Shown here: one piece after another, positions 44,803-57,992 of the stretch
Numbering within the stretch: position 1 is the stretch's first letter
Layout: the number at the start of each line of letters is the position of its first letter
From: Catajapyx aquilonaris
Taxonomy: Eukaryota
Direction: 5' to 3'
NCBI GenBank assembly: GCA_000934665.2
Contig: JYFJ02001050.1
Coordinates: 1-64,000 of the forward strand
DNA: 64,000 bases
Notes under the pieces: model-generated
Seen by the model: only the letters and a program-made list of their open reading frames with translations
The model's database searches: none
What the model was told of the DNA's origin: nothing
Made by a program: the position numbers and the translations under genes

Positions 44803-47800
44803 AGCTGTTTTAAAAAAAGGTTGCGAAAGCACTTTCACTGATAGCAACAGGGGAGCAAACAAACAGACAGGCAGAAAAATTGGTTTGCAACTAATCATTG
44901 TCTTGGAGGAGTACATGAACTTGACAAGTATGAGGGGTGATCATGAGTGATAAGAATATGCTTCCAGCTCCATAACTAATGATTATGACGCCTCACAGCC
45001 GGTTGAAAATAGAACATTCTAAAATGCGTGCAGACGTGAGGTAGCCTGGGGGGGAAAAAATTGGCACATGTTCCAGTCCGTCATAATCCGGAAAAGCACA
45101 GTCATTGTGACAATGGTAGTTACAGTACTGATAGGTGTCAAGGGTGCTGCGCAGTAGCTAACATCTGATCGGTGTTGTATGACGCTATCTACTTAGATTT
45201 AATCCGGTCCCGATATAAGCTGGTAATCCGTGTCAAAAAAAAGAGCGATTGCGCAATGTTTACTTATCGCATGTACAGATAAGCGTGAAACGGTTGCTGA
45301 CATGTCTCCCTTGTCGATATACTGTATACAATGGAGCCAACCATGGACATTCATCCAATCAGGTCACAGAGGTACAGTGGTGGAAATTAATGGATATCCG
45401 CAAGTATCGCCGCCTGGCGGAGCTTTTCCTTTACGCGAAGCTACTGGTGGCGCCAGGAGGCGCTGGCGGCCGCCAGCCGATCGTGGCGCCACCAGTAGCG
45501 TCATGTTCATCCTCGCATGATGCAACCCGATTTCCTATTGGTATAGTCCTGGACTGTTTTGGGTTGTGTATACATGATGACTGTGTTATGATGGAGCGTA
45601 CCTCGTCGCAGGCAGTGCACCTGGGCTTGAGCTGCTCTGCGTAGTGCCTCTCGCAGTAGAGCTTGTCGTTGAAGACGCAGTGCGCCAGGTCCACCAGAAC
45701 CTCTCGGCAGGTGGTGCAGATGAAGCAGGATGGGTGCCACAGTGGCCTGGGAGACACCTTGGGGGCCACCACCCCGAGGTGCCCAGGGGCCAGGGCCTGC
45801 CCGCAGTTGGGACACCCCTCCAGTCTAGGAGGCTCGACGTCATCCCCATGCTGCTGGGAGGATGGTCCGTTGTTGGTGTCGGATAGGACCAGCCTCTTGA
45901 CCAGTCCGATGTCGAGAGCCAGCTCGTTCCTGGCCTCCACAAAGTCGTGGAAAGAGGTCGCCTCCAGGCCTGACCCTACATGCTTGCAGTAGGCCAATGC
46001 CAGGTCCTGCTTCGGAAGCTGGCATACCAACTGTCGGTCCCGCCACCTCTCGCCCTCAGAACCCACGTATGGAACCTTCTCCGACGGGATGTGCTTGAAG
46101 TACTCCTCCACCTGCGAATATCACTGCTGTCATTACTGGGACCAATATGACTCTATATGTGTGACCTGACCTGAGAGGTGGTGAGTCCCGGAGGAGCCCA
46201 GGCTAGTCCGGGTGGAATGACCTGTTGCTGGGAGTCGGAGGAGGCCATATGAGGCGATGAGACTAGCCCGGGGCCTGCCCCGGGGCCAAGCCCCAGCCTT
46301 TCCCTCACACTGACCACCTCCTCGTGGCTTATGGCGTGCTCCTCTCGAGGACACCCGCACTTCACACACGTTTTCCTGAAAAGGGAATGTTGAAATGAGC
46401 ATCTGCAACTGCAATGACACGTTCACATGCATCGGTACTACACACTTACTTGCAATTAGCATTCAAAACAATTAGGCAAACACTCTATTGGGGGGACAAC
46501 CCTTTTTTCAGCATCCACAGTCCGATAGATGGCAGCCCTCTCGCAACAGCTTATGATAGATGTCGCCACATGAATTAGAGAAGGGCCTGCCATCTGTCGG
46601 ACGACCACTAGCATGCCCCTAGACGCACGCAGCAGCATTATTAAGGCGCATTCACAAAGCCACTTAGTTTTAACCCTGCCAATCCCGTCGCGTCGCTAGG
46701 TGCGGATAAACGATAGACTTTCCGAAAAAAGAGCTATGTGAATGCGCCATTACAAACCACACTCGTCTCAAATGCCATGCTATAAATGCTAAACTCAAAC
46801 TTCAAGAAAAGTGTATGTCAGGTTTGTAGAGTACAACACAAACTTCTGCGACCAATCAGCGCTCCATAGGGTCCTATCCAGCAGTCGCGAATTGACCATG
46901 CGAGCATCAGGCATTACTATATATGGGGGACGATGGGACCGCATATTTTTTGGGGGGGTGTGTGGGCGTGTGCTATGTGTACCTGAGGATAAGCAAGAGA
47001 AGCTCCTCCTGGTGGAAGACCTTGCAGTAAAGCTCGAGCACTTTGACGCAGGCCAATCGCAATCCAGGCCAAGGGAGCAGCGAAGTGTCGAGTCCGGTCA
47101 CCAGGGGGCAGAGAGGGAGGGCGGGGCAAGGGGAGGAAGGGGCGGGGCTTGCGACCAGCTGCGTGGGAGATCTGCGCAGACGGGCCACGCGCGGGGAATG
47201 GGAAGATGCCGGGTGGGAAAAGGAGGAGGAAGGGGCCAGGCCACGGGCAGCGGCGGTGCCGGACAGCCTCCGATGCTGCTGGGGGTAGCTGGGCCGGGGA
47301 GGGGCAGCCTCCAAGCACCCTAAAACAGTGTAGTTCAAGCCGGATTCACTCACGGGGAAGGGGGGTGACTATATTTGCTCCGGAGTAAGAGATACACGCC
47401 CCTGTGAGTTGCTCCGGAGTCTACACCTGCTGATGTATACGTGTGAGAAAGCATTGCTTCCAGAATTATATTACAGTGTCTTTGAATGTCGTGGAAATGC
47501 GGACATCTCTCGACATAAAGCCAGGATAAAGCGTATATCCACGCGACGAAACCCCCTGTATTTTTCGGCGACTTTTCCTCTCTCTCTCTCACGGAGCATT
47601 TGTCACGACGAAGTGGTGGGGGATAACAAGTGAAATAAATCCAGTGTCCCGAGCGTCACCCGCGTCGTTGCCCGATTTGTAATCCTGTCTCGTTATATAC
47701 GGTTTGGTGGAGCTGTTGCTGGAGAGACTGAGGGTGTCTGACCCAGGCCGATGGACAGCCCTGACCGTCCGATGACGTCACGGGAGGGCTCGTTAGAACA

Positions 47801-50800
47801 AAATGAGCAGCGAACGCTCCACTTTTTCTAAGCTGATCAACACGATTCCGGAGAGTAAGCCCCCCCGGAACAACCTGGAGAAGGGGGAAAAAAAACCCCC
47901 CTGGAGAATTCCTGGAGCCAACTGGACGTGTGTGTGGCCAAGCAGTGTATACAAAAAGGTTGCCTACAGGTCACGGATATGCAATCTCGTGTGAGTGCGC
48001 AAACGGGGTCCTTTCTGTCGCCGGCGTCTTTAAAAACTCTGAATATTCCGCCCAATGGTGCCAATGTTATTCAGACCAATCCGCTGATTGGCCTATAAAA
48101 TTCCAGGGGAATAGAACCACGCTCGTTTCCTCCAGGAAATGCCCGGATCAAACTGCTTGGACGGAGCCAGCCCCCGTCTGCATGAACATAAGTGAATTGT
48201 TCACCCCCAGAACTTTGGATATCTTTCCAATTGACCCTCACCTCCCTTTCTTTCGACCTTTGGCCAGAGGGTGCCCCACCCTGCAACGGCCTTCACATTC
48301 AACGACGATTCAAGGTAAAACAATTCTCCTGGGGGATGACCCCCGGACCACCACCAACCAAAATGTCGCTGTCACATGGAAAAGGTCGGGCTCTGACGTA
48401 TTTTTTTGTATATAGTGAAATGTCGCCGCGCAGACTCCTCCATCGACAGTGATTGGAATCAAAAAATAAACCCGGCGGCTGCAAAGAAAGGTCGCTGCAT
48501 CCTATGTGGTATAACTACAGGAATATATTTTTTTTAAACGAGTCGATATAGGTTCGGAGGCCATGGAAGCTCTTTTGCCATGTCCCCAACCCCCCTGAAA
48601 CTGGCAGTAACGAGTAAAAGCAAACAAACACAATGAGGTGTGGGTGGAAGGGTAGACATGAAAGGCTTCCGTCATTAAGAGCAGGCGCTAATGGACCAGC
48701 AGACGAGATCGCCCGTTCCTAACCTGGCGCTCATTATTATAAACTCACACGTACTGTATATACGTTGCACGCACGACCTTACGTGCAATCCCAGCTCATC
48801 TTATCGGTCAGTCGCGTCAGAATAATTAGCAATCAATAAGTAAACAAGAAAATAAACCCTGCATTGAACTTGACTCAAGTTGCCAACTGCAGCTAATTAG
48901 ATGGCCATAGTGCTGCTAATTAAGCTTCGACACAACAAGTCTTGCCAAAAGCATGTCACGTGTTTCAAATGCCATTAGATAGCATGGTGCTCAAAGACGA
49001 TCCCCCTTTCAAACTGCTGAACCGTCGTTAACCAGCATCCGGATGACTACCTCCCGGATTAACCGGGGGATTACGAGGGGGCCTTCGCGTTTAACGGCCC
49101 ACTCTCTCTAAATCCAGGATCAAAAAACCAACCGGATAAACCCTCTCTGGTGATGCTGTCAGTTCGTGAGGGTATTGTCACAGGCGACGTCACTTATTCT
49201 GCGAATCAACTCGGCACATTTTTTTAGCAAATTCGGCAAGGTCGGCCCGGATCGCGTAATAATAACGGTCCTTGGACTTGAAAGAGGTTTGTCATCAAGC
49301 CCAAATGCTGCAAAGTTACATGTCTCCGGAAGTGGTTGCTCCCACAACTTTTATAATCTGCTCCCAAGCACGCTTAAAAAGAAATAGAGAGAAAAAAAAG
49401 TGCGGGCCGGATACGGGGGTTGCCAAGTGAACTACTGCGTTTTCAAGCTGGGGTAATGAAGATGACGTGTCAGGTGCCTTGGCTGAGAGAGAAAAAGAGA
49501 TTAAGAGACGAAATAGAAAGGATGGGAACTAAACGTGGGTCTGGAAATCAGTAGACAGCTCTCTTTTTTTTCTCTAGCTGTGGAGGTGCTCAACAAACAC
49601 TCAACTGCAACTGGTCAGGTCCACGGAAACACAGAAACCACCGGACACCAACGGAGATTCCATGTCCTTTCACCGGTTGCTCCAACACCAAACTGGTCGG
49701 TTTATACACACCGCACTGATACGCACTGTTTTTCGCAGCCAATCAATTCCTCCTTTTTTACGAGCCCCAAATATTTTGCGTTTTCAGGACATCCCCCCCT
49801 ACACACCGAGAGAGGCTATTTATAACCAGCATAAATCGCACTGATACACGCTGCAAAACTTTGTGCGAACACTTCTCGAATCCGAAAATTATGCTCCTCG
49901 AGCCATCAACATGATTTTTTTTTTACTGTTTGTTTGGAACCATCCCAAATTCGGCGAGTGGTCCATTCTATCCTCATAAATTAACGTCAAAAATCGGCAT
50001 GCGCTACACTTCAACAAGCCGCCCGATATGTCAAAAGATATAACAGCCAATCAATCAAAAAAAATACATAATTGGTCCTATTTGCATATTGGTAGAGATC
50101 AATTTAGAATCAATATATCGAGAGGTGAAATGACAACAGTTTCTCCTAGAGATGCACAGCAGCAGACTCGTGCATGAAGACGAAAATTTCTTTCCTTTTC
50201 CGTCTGCTGATGGTCATTTTCTGGGACCGGTTTTCCGACTCGAATGATCATTGCTATGGGAGGGGAAAAGATGGCCGGATCCCCCCCCCCCCTCCTTCTT
50301 TCAGCTTCCCAAAGGAGCCGGTTCCTATTCTTATTATGACTCGGAATGGGCGGCATAGGAACAGGGAAGAAAATGAAGGCCTGCAGGCCACATGTTCCTT
50401 CTTCTCTCATTCCGACCTAAAGGTACATGAATATGATGACGATACTTTTCTTTCCCCATTTGGAAACACGCCAACTGTGGCCCTCATTCACCAAACACAG
50501 CCCCCGCATTGTAATGTGTGTGTATGCTGCACCGCTTCCAAAATACAAACACACCCGAAAATGTGAACCAATCGGAACAGAAAAAAAAAGATAAAGTAAC
50601 GACGAGACTTACAGGCCATGTGTGTGTGCTCTGTCAAACTCTTTTAACTCGACTGATCAACCCCCGACGTCAGGGTACGCAACAGTTGAGGCCACTTAAC
50701 TCTAGACACTTCCCACACTATTGTGTGTCCAATTGGGGACCTTGGAGAATCACTGGCTGCCTTAGTGATTCACGGGGGACACTGACAAAGTCGTCTTCAA

Positions 50801-53800
50801 AAAATACATGTGTTCCAATATAGGTTCCAAACACAAACTATCGGGGCCAACTGTTGATTGCTCTGCTGGAAGCCAATCAGACAATAACTGTGGTTATCGA
50901 CATTTCGTTAAAATATTTGCAGAAACGAAGATTAACTAGCCCTCACCCGTTTAAAAATCATGATATTAACGATAACGACACACACGATTTTTTTTAAATA
51001 AATAAGAAGCGGAATCGGCATTCACACACATTTTGTGCTGCCCTCAACTCCTACTGAACAATTTCAAAAAAAATGATCGACACTGTCATTTACCGTCAAA
51101 TAATCCCGACGTTATCGCTTAACCGTCAGTTTAAAATGTTGGAAAAACAGTGGTTAAATGAAGTGACCGAAGCACTACTGTTGTGCAGCGTGTGCGAAAA
51201 CCACGTGGTGACGACCGAAACACTGGTTGACGTCACTGACGTTTCTTTTTTTTAAGTGGGGGGTGGGGGGCGAGGGAAAAAAAAACACTTTTTTTTCCCC
51301 CACCTGTCGTCCGGAGGGGGTGATTCGCACCTGCCATGTAGGCAAAACCACAAGACACACGGAAAACTGTCGCCCCCCTGGAACACACAGGAGTCAAACG
51401 GGACGCCTGCCGTCGGCCAAAAGGGGGGAGGGACGACTATCTAAGGGACGCTTCTGACGCCTGGCGTCGCTGGGAGGGTGGTGGTGGTGGGTGGGGAGGA
51501 GCTGCCCATCAAGGTCGCACAAGGCAAGGGGTGTCCACAGGAAAAAGGCTGCCAAAAGACACGTGTCGTTCCTATAGCAAAACAGCTGCTGGAGACTCCG
51601 GGTTTGGGTCAAACCCGCGCAGAAAACCCAGGGTTGTTTGGGTCATTTTCTTCGTTGCCCCAAGGCTGCCCCCAGCAGGCGGTGATGAGGAAGAGAATGA
51701 GTGAAATGAGTGCCAGATTTTTACTTGGCACATCCAAAGGTTTTCCTTCTCACTTGTAATAATTTTAGTCGCCAGCTAAACCCCCCCCTCCCCTCATCCC
51801 CAACCCCCGGCCTCATTTGAATACGTGCGCAAGTGAAGAAGACGAATTAAGCTCCGGGTTAGCAAAAATCTGTTTCGTGGCGACAACACCTTTCCGCAGA
51901 AACACACCTGACTGTTGCTTCTTTTTTCAATGTGCAACAAATCGCTTCCTTGTGCTGTAAATCTGGCAACGCCCACTTTTTTTCCGTTTCTAAAAGCATT
52001 GAACTCTTTTCCATTCATTGAAATGTGCCGAAATGAATTCGCACTTCCGCACGGAAATAGCTCTTACGTAACTGTAGTTGAAGGACTTTCTTATATATAA
52101 TATTACAATGTTCAATGCTCGACACCCCAAAATAGGTCAGTTCCTTTTTTTGAACACGTTTAAAAAATAAAAAAAGGCAAAAGTCCATTAGTGAGAAGTC
52201 GACGTCATCGGGCAAGTGACACGTCCAAGGTGCGCGCCAATGAGGTCCAATCACCCAAAGTGAAGTTATAATTAGCCAAAAGCTTCCCTAGCATACTTGA
52301 AGGATACAAATGTCGTTTCACTCTGATCATAATTGATCCTTGCCAAAAAAAAAACCAGGTCTGTAAGTGATTAAAAGGACACCCCCTTTTTTTAAAAAAA
52401 TTATCGAGTGACGCCTTTTAAACGGAGCGATCCCCAGACTTAATGAGCCGGAACCCGCCGGAATAATCCCCAAACAGCCTCATCGTCCTGTTGTAATAAT
52501 TTCCGCTCCGATTGGGGCAGGGACTCCCCCCGATAGATTTCCCATTGAATTGCAACAAACACGGAGTGACATTATTCGCGGCCTTCCCCAACAGGTCGGG
52601 GCATTGTCAGCCTCGATCATCCGTGAAATTAACGAGATGGACTTTGCCATTATATTAGCAACAAGCGGAGGCAGGCTATAGATAGACTTTTGTGGAAGGG
52701 GGGGTGGGAGGTGATAAAAATCCAGCTGTATATATCCACAGAGAATGGTTTGGTGGGGGTGGAAAAAAGGGCGCGCCCCTTTTTGTTGTGTGACGTCACG
52801 CCAAGGGCAGATTGGGCGGGGTTGGACCCATCTGCAAAAAAAAAAAAGGTCCTAAAACGACACTTCCACTCATTTACCTGACTGCAAATAACCGAGCGAA
52901 ACTGCGCGCTAAATCATTTCGTACAAGGCAGCAACACCCACGTGATGGCCAACAGAATTGCGCAATTATAGTTCCGCAATCAGTTTTTATAATCATATTT
53001 AGCAGGAATTATGTTGTGTGATTTTGGAATCCCTGGACGTGGCAGATGTTATCCCATCTTTTTTTTAAAAAAAAAATTCGCATATGATCACACACATATA
53101 GCCCACCTGGAAGCAGATGGCTCTCCTTTTTAAAAGCCCTCCCCAGCAGCCTGATCCAGGGCCAATCAGCCAACAGACTCGACCTAAAAGCAACAGCTTC
53201 CGCCAAAGAAACCCGGCCTGATAAAGCGACGATAATTGGCCGGATGCATGCACAGCCAGACGTGTACACACACACACACAGTTCACATTGCACATTTTCC
53301 TCCCTCTTTTGAGAACCACACAACATAAAAAGAGAGTCGACTATTTGACACGTCGAACTTGTCATTTGTCATTCCGTCAATTAAAATGGGCCAGCTTCCA
53401 AAACAGGGAGGTGATGGGTCCTGTAATTTTGGGCGTCTGTCTCTCCCCATGTTTTAATGAAGTCGGGAGAAGGAAGGAGCTTGAGCAATAAAGATGCGCC
53501 AAGTTGGGTGAAATTGCGTCATCATCTCCCACCAAAAGGCACTTCATTCACTCGGTGCCAACGACGACTCATTCGCTTTTCCAGAGGTTCACACTTATCC
53601 CCAAATATCACTTAAAAAGCGCACGTATTTCCAGGTTATGAAACCTTCAAGGTCGTTTCCAGCTGCAATCGTGTAAGGTTCGGCTGGGAGACAGGCCGCC
53701 GCCATTTTGAATCCCAGGCCGTGTCTTATCAATGTTCTAATTAGAATGGAACTCGGGCTGCTGCTGGGGAGCCTCAATAAAAATTCAGGCGCACGTGTCG

Positions 53801-55471
53801 TGTGGCTATAGCCAGGCTTAGATAAGCAGAGTATGTGGCGCACCACTTGGTCTGGCCGGTTTTTCTTTAACAAACTACCCCAAGTCTGATCCTGCGAGAG
53901 AGTGACTGACTGACTGACCTCCAGGAGTGGGGCTGGAATCCTTGGCACGATTCTCTGCAGGACTGGCAGGGTCGACCCTCGTCCACCTCGGACACCAGCA
54001 CGCCCTGCAAAACACACACACCCAAGTGTCATAAAACACACACACACTGTTCCAGGCGTACACACAGATGGCGTACCTTTGGATCACAATCTTATCGGGC
54101 CAGCAGCCACCACAAGTCGCAACATCGTGTTACACTGAGCAAAGGTCCGCATATTATTCGCACCTGGCCGCGTCTATTATTCACGTTGCCTTCGTTTTAT
54201 AGGCATTTCGCAATGTGTGCGCACACACAGGGTGGTCCACTGCCCAACAGAAAACAAACAACGAAAGAGCAGGAATTGGTATATGATCAAACATCAGCAA
54301 TTCAATTGTTGCGATTTTTCTGGTTCAGCCAACAATCGTATGACAGTCTTGGGTTAATAATGTACCACCCTGTGCATATAATGTATGTACAGAGTTGATG
54401 GGTGGAAAAGGGGGGACTTGAAACAACTTTTTATATGGCAGGTGAGTGGACTCAGCATGCGATGTTTGAAGGTTCAGCAACGAAGACGAACTTGGGTTCC
54501 TTTTTCTTTTTCTTAACTATTATATTTGACATGCCGGGCGCGTGTGTGACGTCACCTGCATCCACATGTCCATACAAGGACACCCACCCACCCACCCCTA
54601 ACCACTTTAAAAAGGAGGCAACGCTGCCACATCATCAGCCCATATTACGCAACTTTACAAATCACCCTGTACTGATAGGCACAGGGTGGCATTGTGTCCA
54701 GAACGATGACCTCACCGCCAGTTGTGACGTCATCTTCTCATAAGCCGACTGTTTGTCTTTTACTTCTTTTTTTATATTATTATTTCGAACCGCCAGACCA
54801 GCCAGGCCGGAATCGGGCTCATTTCCTCTCTGAATTCCTTATCTGGTAAGGACCTTCCAAAAAACTGGCCGGGTTCATACCAAGCAGGAAGCCAGATAGT
54901 CTACTGTACGTTAACAGGACAGTGCAACACCCTGTAGTTATATGACTATGCAAAAAAGAAACAGTTTTTTTTTAAATAATTTATGGGGTGAACCTTGAAG
55001 CCACTGAGTTGATGAGGAGACACCCAGGATATTACTGGGTGGGTGGACACTTTTTTTAAAAAAAGTATGGACACAAAATGTGCGAAATTATTTTCTGCCG
55101 GCGTCTTATCTCACTCCCCGGCCCCGGGTTAATTAACCGCGAGATAATGTTATCGCCGATTGTTAACGGAAGCAACGCGCATAATATAAACACCGTGCGC
55201 TATTTACGCGCGTGTTTCAGACTTTTTGCTCTCTGTACATCTTCACGGACTGTCAAAACACGTTTCCGCTCAACCTTATTTCCATCACGAATATACCAGT
55301 GCGACCTGTATATTGTGTCGCAATGAGCATTACCTGTCACGTGTATTGTTGTCCGGCGCAGTCCGGCACGTGGCCCAGCCTTTTGACACACTTTACACTC
55401 GACACTCTTGAATACAATTGCACCACAACAATGCTCACCGTCTGCTTGAAAATCCTCTTGCTGGAGCTCAT
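26016..55471 (-). CDS. Lmpt: Limpet / FHL-like PET + LIM protein, long isoform. Exons 55471-55439, 54004-53919, 46375-46171, 46111-45602, 30333-30133, 30045-29871, 26675-26506, 26421-26235, 26173-26016
   Basis: MSSSKRIFKQT|GVLVSEVDEGRPCQSCRESCQGFQPHSWR|KTCVKCGCPREEH; PET domain YF..IP.EKVPYVGSEGERWRDRQL..QLPKQDL; LIM domains through FSGEYTKAMSKDWH, DLSYKEKHWHEACF, GTKKMEYKTRQWHEKCF and FEDRHWHNDCF; splice phases are consistent. Confidence 0.93.
26741..27145. repeat. Unclassified interspersed repeat, copy 1
   Basis: Shares gggcgtgg.ctaaagggcgcattccgactcctg..ccgcagtgacgtcagcagacc...aaagcagctcgggtgc.ttcctgcctctgcacc..tctgtttagccacagtgacgt with the copies near 30450 and 33860. Confidence 0.85.
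28844..29069 (-). CDS. Lmpt: Candidate alternative first coding exon of Limpet (acidic), joining the last three LIM domains
   Basis: ATG GCG GCC start, GC-rich Glu-rich ORF, and a phase-1 CAG|GTACAA donor that matches the phase-1 acceptor of the exon starting at 26675. Confidence 0.6.
30448..30600. repeat. Unclassified interspersed repeat, copy 2 (truncated)
   Basis: Matches the left part of copies 1 and 3 in the same orientation. Confidence 0.8.
30698..33521 (-). CDS. Lmpt: Very large (2824 nt) Pro/Ser/Glu/Thr-rich alternative exon of Limpet
   Basis: 965-codon open frame; polypyrimidine tract and TACAG acceptor (phase 2, matching the 36903 exon); phase-0 GTATAT donor matching the exon starting at 30333. 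Confidence 0.7.
33863..34290. repeat. Unclassified interspersed repeat, copy 3
   Basis: Colinear with copy 1 over about 400 bp. Confidence 0.85.
36749..36903 (-). CDS. Lmpt: Alternative first coding exon of Limpet for a PET-less isoform
   Basis: AAGATGGCG start; MADVEMHYSVTTERKVKKTKKTTSKTKRGDEEVVEVT...; GTATGT donor, phase 2. Confidence 0.7.
39208..39468. mobile_element. Foldback / MITE-like palindromic element with imperfect inverted arms of about 110 bp, bounded by CAGTG...CACTG
   Basis: cagtgttgcacattaatcgc..tagcgacattt..ccgtgcgagtaagaa..gtgacgtcac is mirrored by gtgacgtcac..ttcttactcgcacgg..aaatgtcgcta..gcgattaatgtccagcactg; no clear target-site duplication. Confidence 0.75.
44717..44802. 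repeat. (ATC)n microsatellite, about 28 units
   Basis: Seen directly. Confidence 0.97.
46983..47353 (-). CDS. Lmpt: Candidate alternative first exon of Limpet upstream of the PET exons
   Basis: GC-rich ORF from ATG 47353 ending CTC AG|GTACAC, phase 2 and in frame with the exon starting at 46375. Confidence 0.45.
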
Positions 55472-55542
55472 ATTCTTGGCCTGTGTCTCTCTCCTTCTGA
55501 TGTCCACTCTCTCTGGATGTTGGCTGGTGGTTGTATAGTAGT

Positions 55543-55544
<2 letters not shown>

Positions 55545-55575
<31 letters not shown>
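55545..55575. repeat. (GT)n microsatellite just upstream of the Limpet long-isoform start codon
   Basis: Seen directly. Confidence 0.95.
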
Positions 55576-55576
<1 letters not shown>

Positions 55577-57992
55577 ATGTGCATATGTCTGTCCCCTCCT
55601 ACCATTCACCCCTCCCACCCACTTTGCGCTCGACGTTGCCACATCCACCCATCGACTACCCTCCTTTTCTCTCTCCAGCTGTCCATTACACCTCATCATC
55701 TCTCTCTCGGGTCCTATCAATCAATCAGTCCTATCACCGACAGACGATCGCATGCAATTATAGGCGGGGCCTCTTTCGCAATGAGTCGCCAAATTGGATT
55801 AATGCAGACTATATAGTACAGCGGACTCGTTGCCAAATTTTGGCAACACTGCCTGGCCCACCCCACCAACCTGGACGTAGTACGATAGGCCACTGCCAGC
55901 TGGCGCATATCCCTCTGCCACCTCTCAGGGAGAAAGTAGTACGACATGCACGTTGGTGATGAGTCACCGTGCGGACAAAGTCCACCAGTCCACTACTTTC
56001 CCTGTTAAACAATTAGGGGACAGCAGCTATGGTGACGCATCAGAATCCCGAGAAATCCTGCTCGAACCTGCAGAGAACTGGCCTAGCAGAGCGACCATAA
56101 TATAAAAATTCCCAATCAGAGACCGTGACCCCGACACTTGATTTTTTGTGACTCACACTGCACCAGTCGACAGGGTCGCAGAATAATCACCCTTTCACTC
56201 CATGTTGTTTTCATAGTCTGCAATTTACGCAATTTTTTTTTTATATAGTCTCAAAAGGAGTCATCCCTGACCCGCATTAAGTGTTTCACCACAGTTGCCA
56301 AACGTTGCAGGTGTGAAAGGGGTAATGCAAAGAAGAAGCTGATATAAATTTTAATAGGGAAGGAATTTATTGCCGGGATGGAGCAAATAAAACATGGCCC
56401 GCTATCCTTGGTGGTTGGCTCATAGAGCCTGCTTAGCATGGACTTGCATTGCGTACAGTAACTTATGTTCATTCGCATATAAATAAAAGCTAAAAATGAC
56501 ACTCAGATTTCAGTAAATATATACCTTTATTTTCCTTACATTCCAATATACCTTTCATCACCAAACATGCCAGTGTTGGCGTGGTTCCCTTCAGTTCGTT
56601 AAAATAGCAGAAAAATAAAATAAGACAAACAAAAACCAAAAAAAGAGTGGGCGGGGGAAATCACATGAAGTACAGGAAAAGGTCCCGTTAACAACTCACT
56701 GGGAAAGGGGATAATAAAACTCTTTAAAACTCTTTAAAGACAGAAACAAAACAAAAAAAAAAAGTGGGACCTTCGCTGCATCAACATAACATCTCTTCAC
56801 TTACGTATTTCCATTTTGAGGCAAGGGAACAAACATAATTTACGCTCATATATTTGCAATGAGTTGCAATCACGTATTAAAATATTGCATAAACTACGAC
56901 AAAATATAACTATAACTAAGAATAAACTTCTTGCCGTTGATCCTGCAACCCGATTTTCTCATTCCAAAAAAATAGTACCTCTAAAAAATAAAAAGTTCCG
57001 CCGTTTCCCGTACAACAATCAACACTTTGAAAACTTCTAACAACACGGTTCAAAATACACATCAACAACGTCTTCTACCTCTGTCTCTCGTCAGGCACGC
57101 CAAATCTATCACATCAACTGTGCTAAATTATATGATCTTCACAGCAATTATATCTCCTCGTCAACACAGCCACTGCAATAATCTGCATCAGGTTATTTTC
57201 TAATGGCACCTGGTCAGTGAGACAAAGAATTAACAAAGGCCCTTTCCAGCCGATAATTAATTCTCGACACGAGTGCCACGCAATAAATGGCATTTATGAA
57301 CAACAACAAAAAATAAAAATAAAACAACATTAATATTGGGTGTTGAATCAATGTGCAATGCAAGGCAATCGAAAAGAGCCGCATATGAATTTGATTCATA
57401 GCTTCCCGTTTTCCTCTTTTCTCCCTGTACAACCTGCCATTGTCACGCAATTGAAATGGTCCAAACATTACACTAAAGTGGGCTCAGCATTTCTTGGTCG
57501 GCAAGGAATGGATCATCTTTTCCGAGGAGGTAACAGCCTACGATTCTAATCCGTCACCTTCACAAGGACACCTCGTCGGCCAAGACATTCTGTGCCAGTA
57601 ACAGACACATGTATACACTAAAAGGTTCTGGTTCAGGTCCATCAGTGAATAAACAATAGACATGTCAACAATATGCTGAAGACTATCACATGTAATCCAT
57701 ACATATGCTAAAATTATTATTTCCACCTTCATTCCCGAGAGGTAGTGCAGCTTACGACTCAAATGTCTCATGAACAAGCCCTTACAAAGAGCGAAAACGT
57801 AGCCTCCGAGCAGAGTGTAAGATCCTGCCAAAAGTCAGTCGTGATCAGAAAGTCGCCATTATTCCTCCCAAAACCAGACCCTTTACACAAACATGCATGT
57901 CAATCTACAACAATGAAAGAGAAGTGATGAAACACCGCTTCCTATCTGCGGACACATGCAAGACGATGACTGCAGCCGTGATGCTGTGGTCA

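Noticed and set aside
44474..44950. Poly-Ile and poly-Met ORFs
   Set aside because: They are translations of the (ATC)n microsatellite
49040..49080. SECIS-like ATGA...AA...GA hairpin
   Set aside because: The spacing is wrong, it is antisense within an intron, and no selenoprotein ORF is nearby
54077..54135. AAG|GTACGC donor as the first coding exon of Limpet
   Set aside because: There is an in-frame stop and no in-frame ATG; at most it is a non-coding exon, and 55471-55439 fits better
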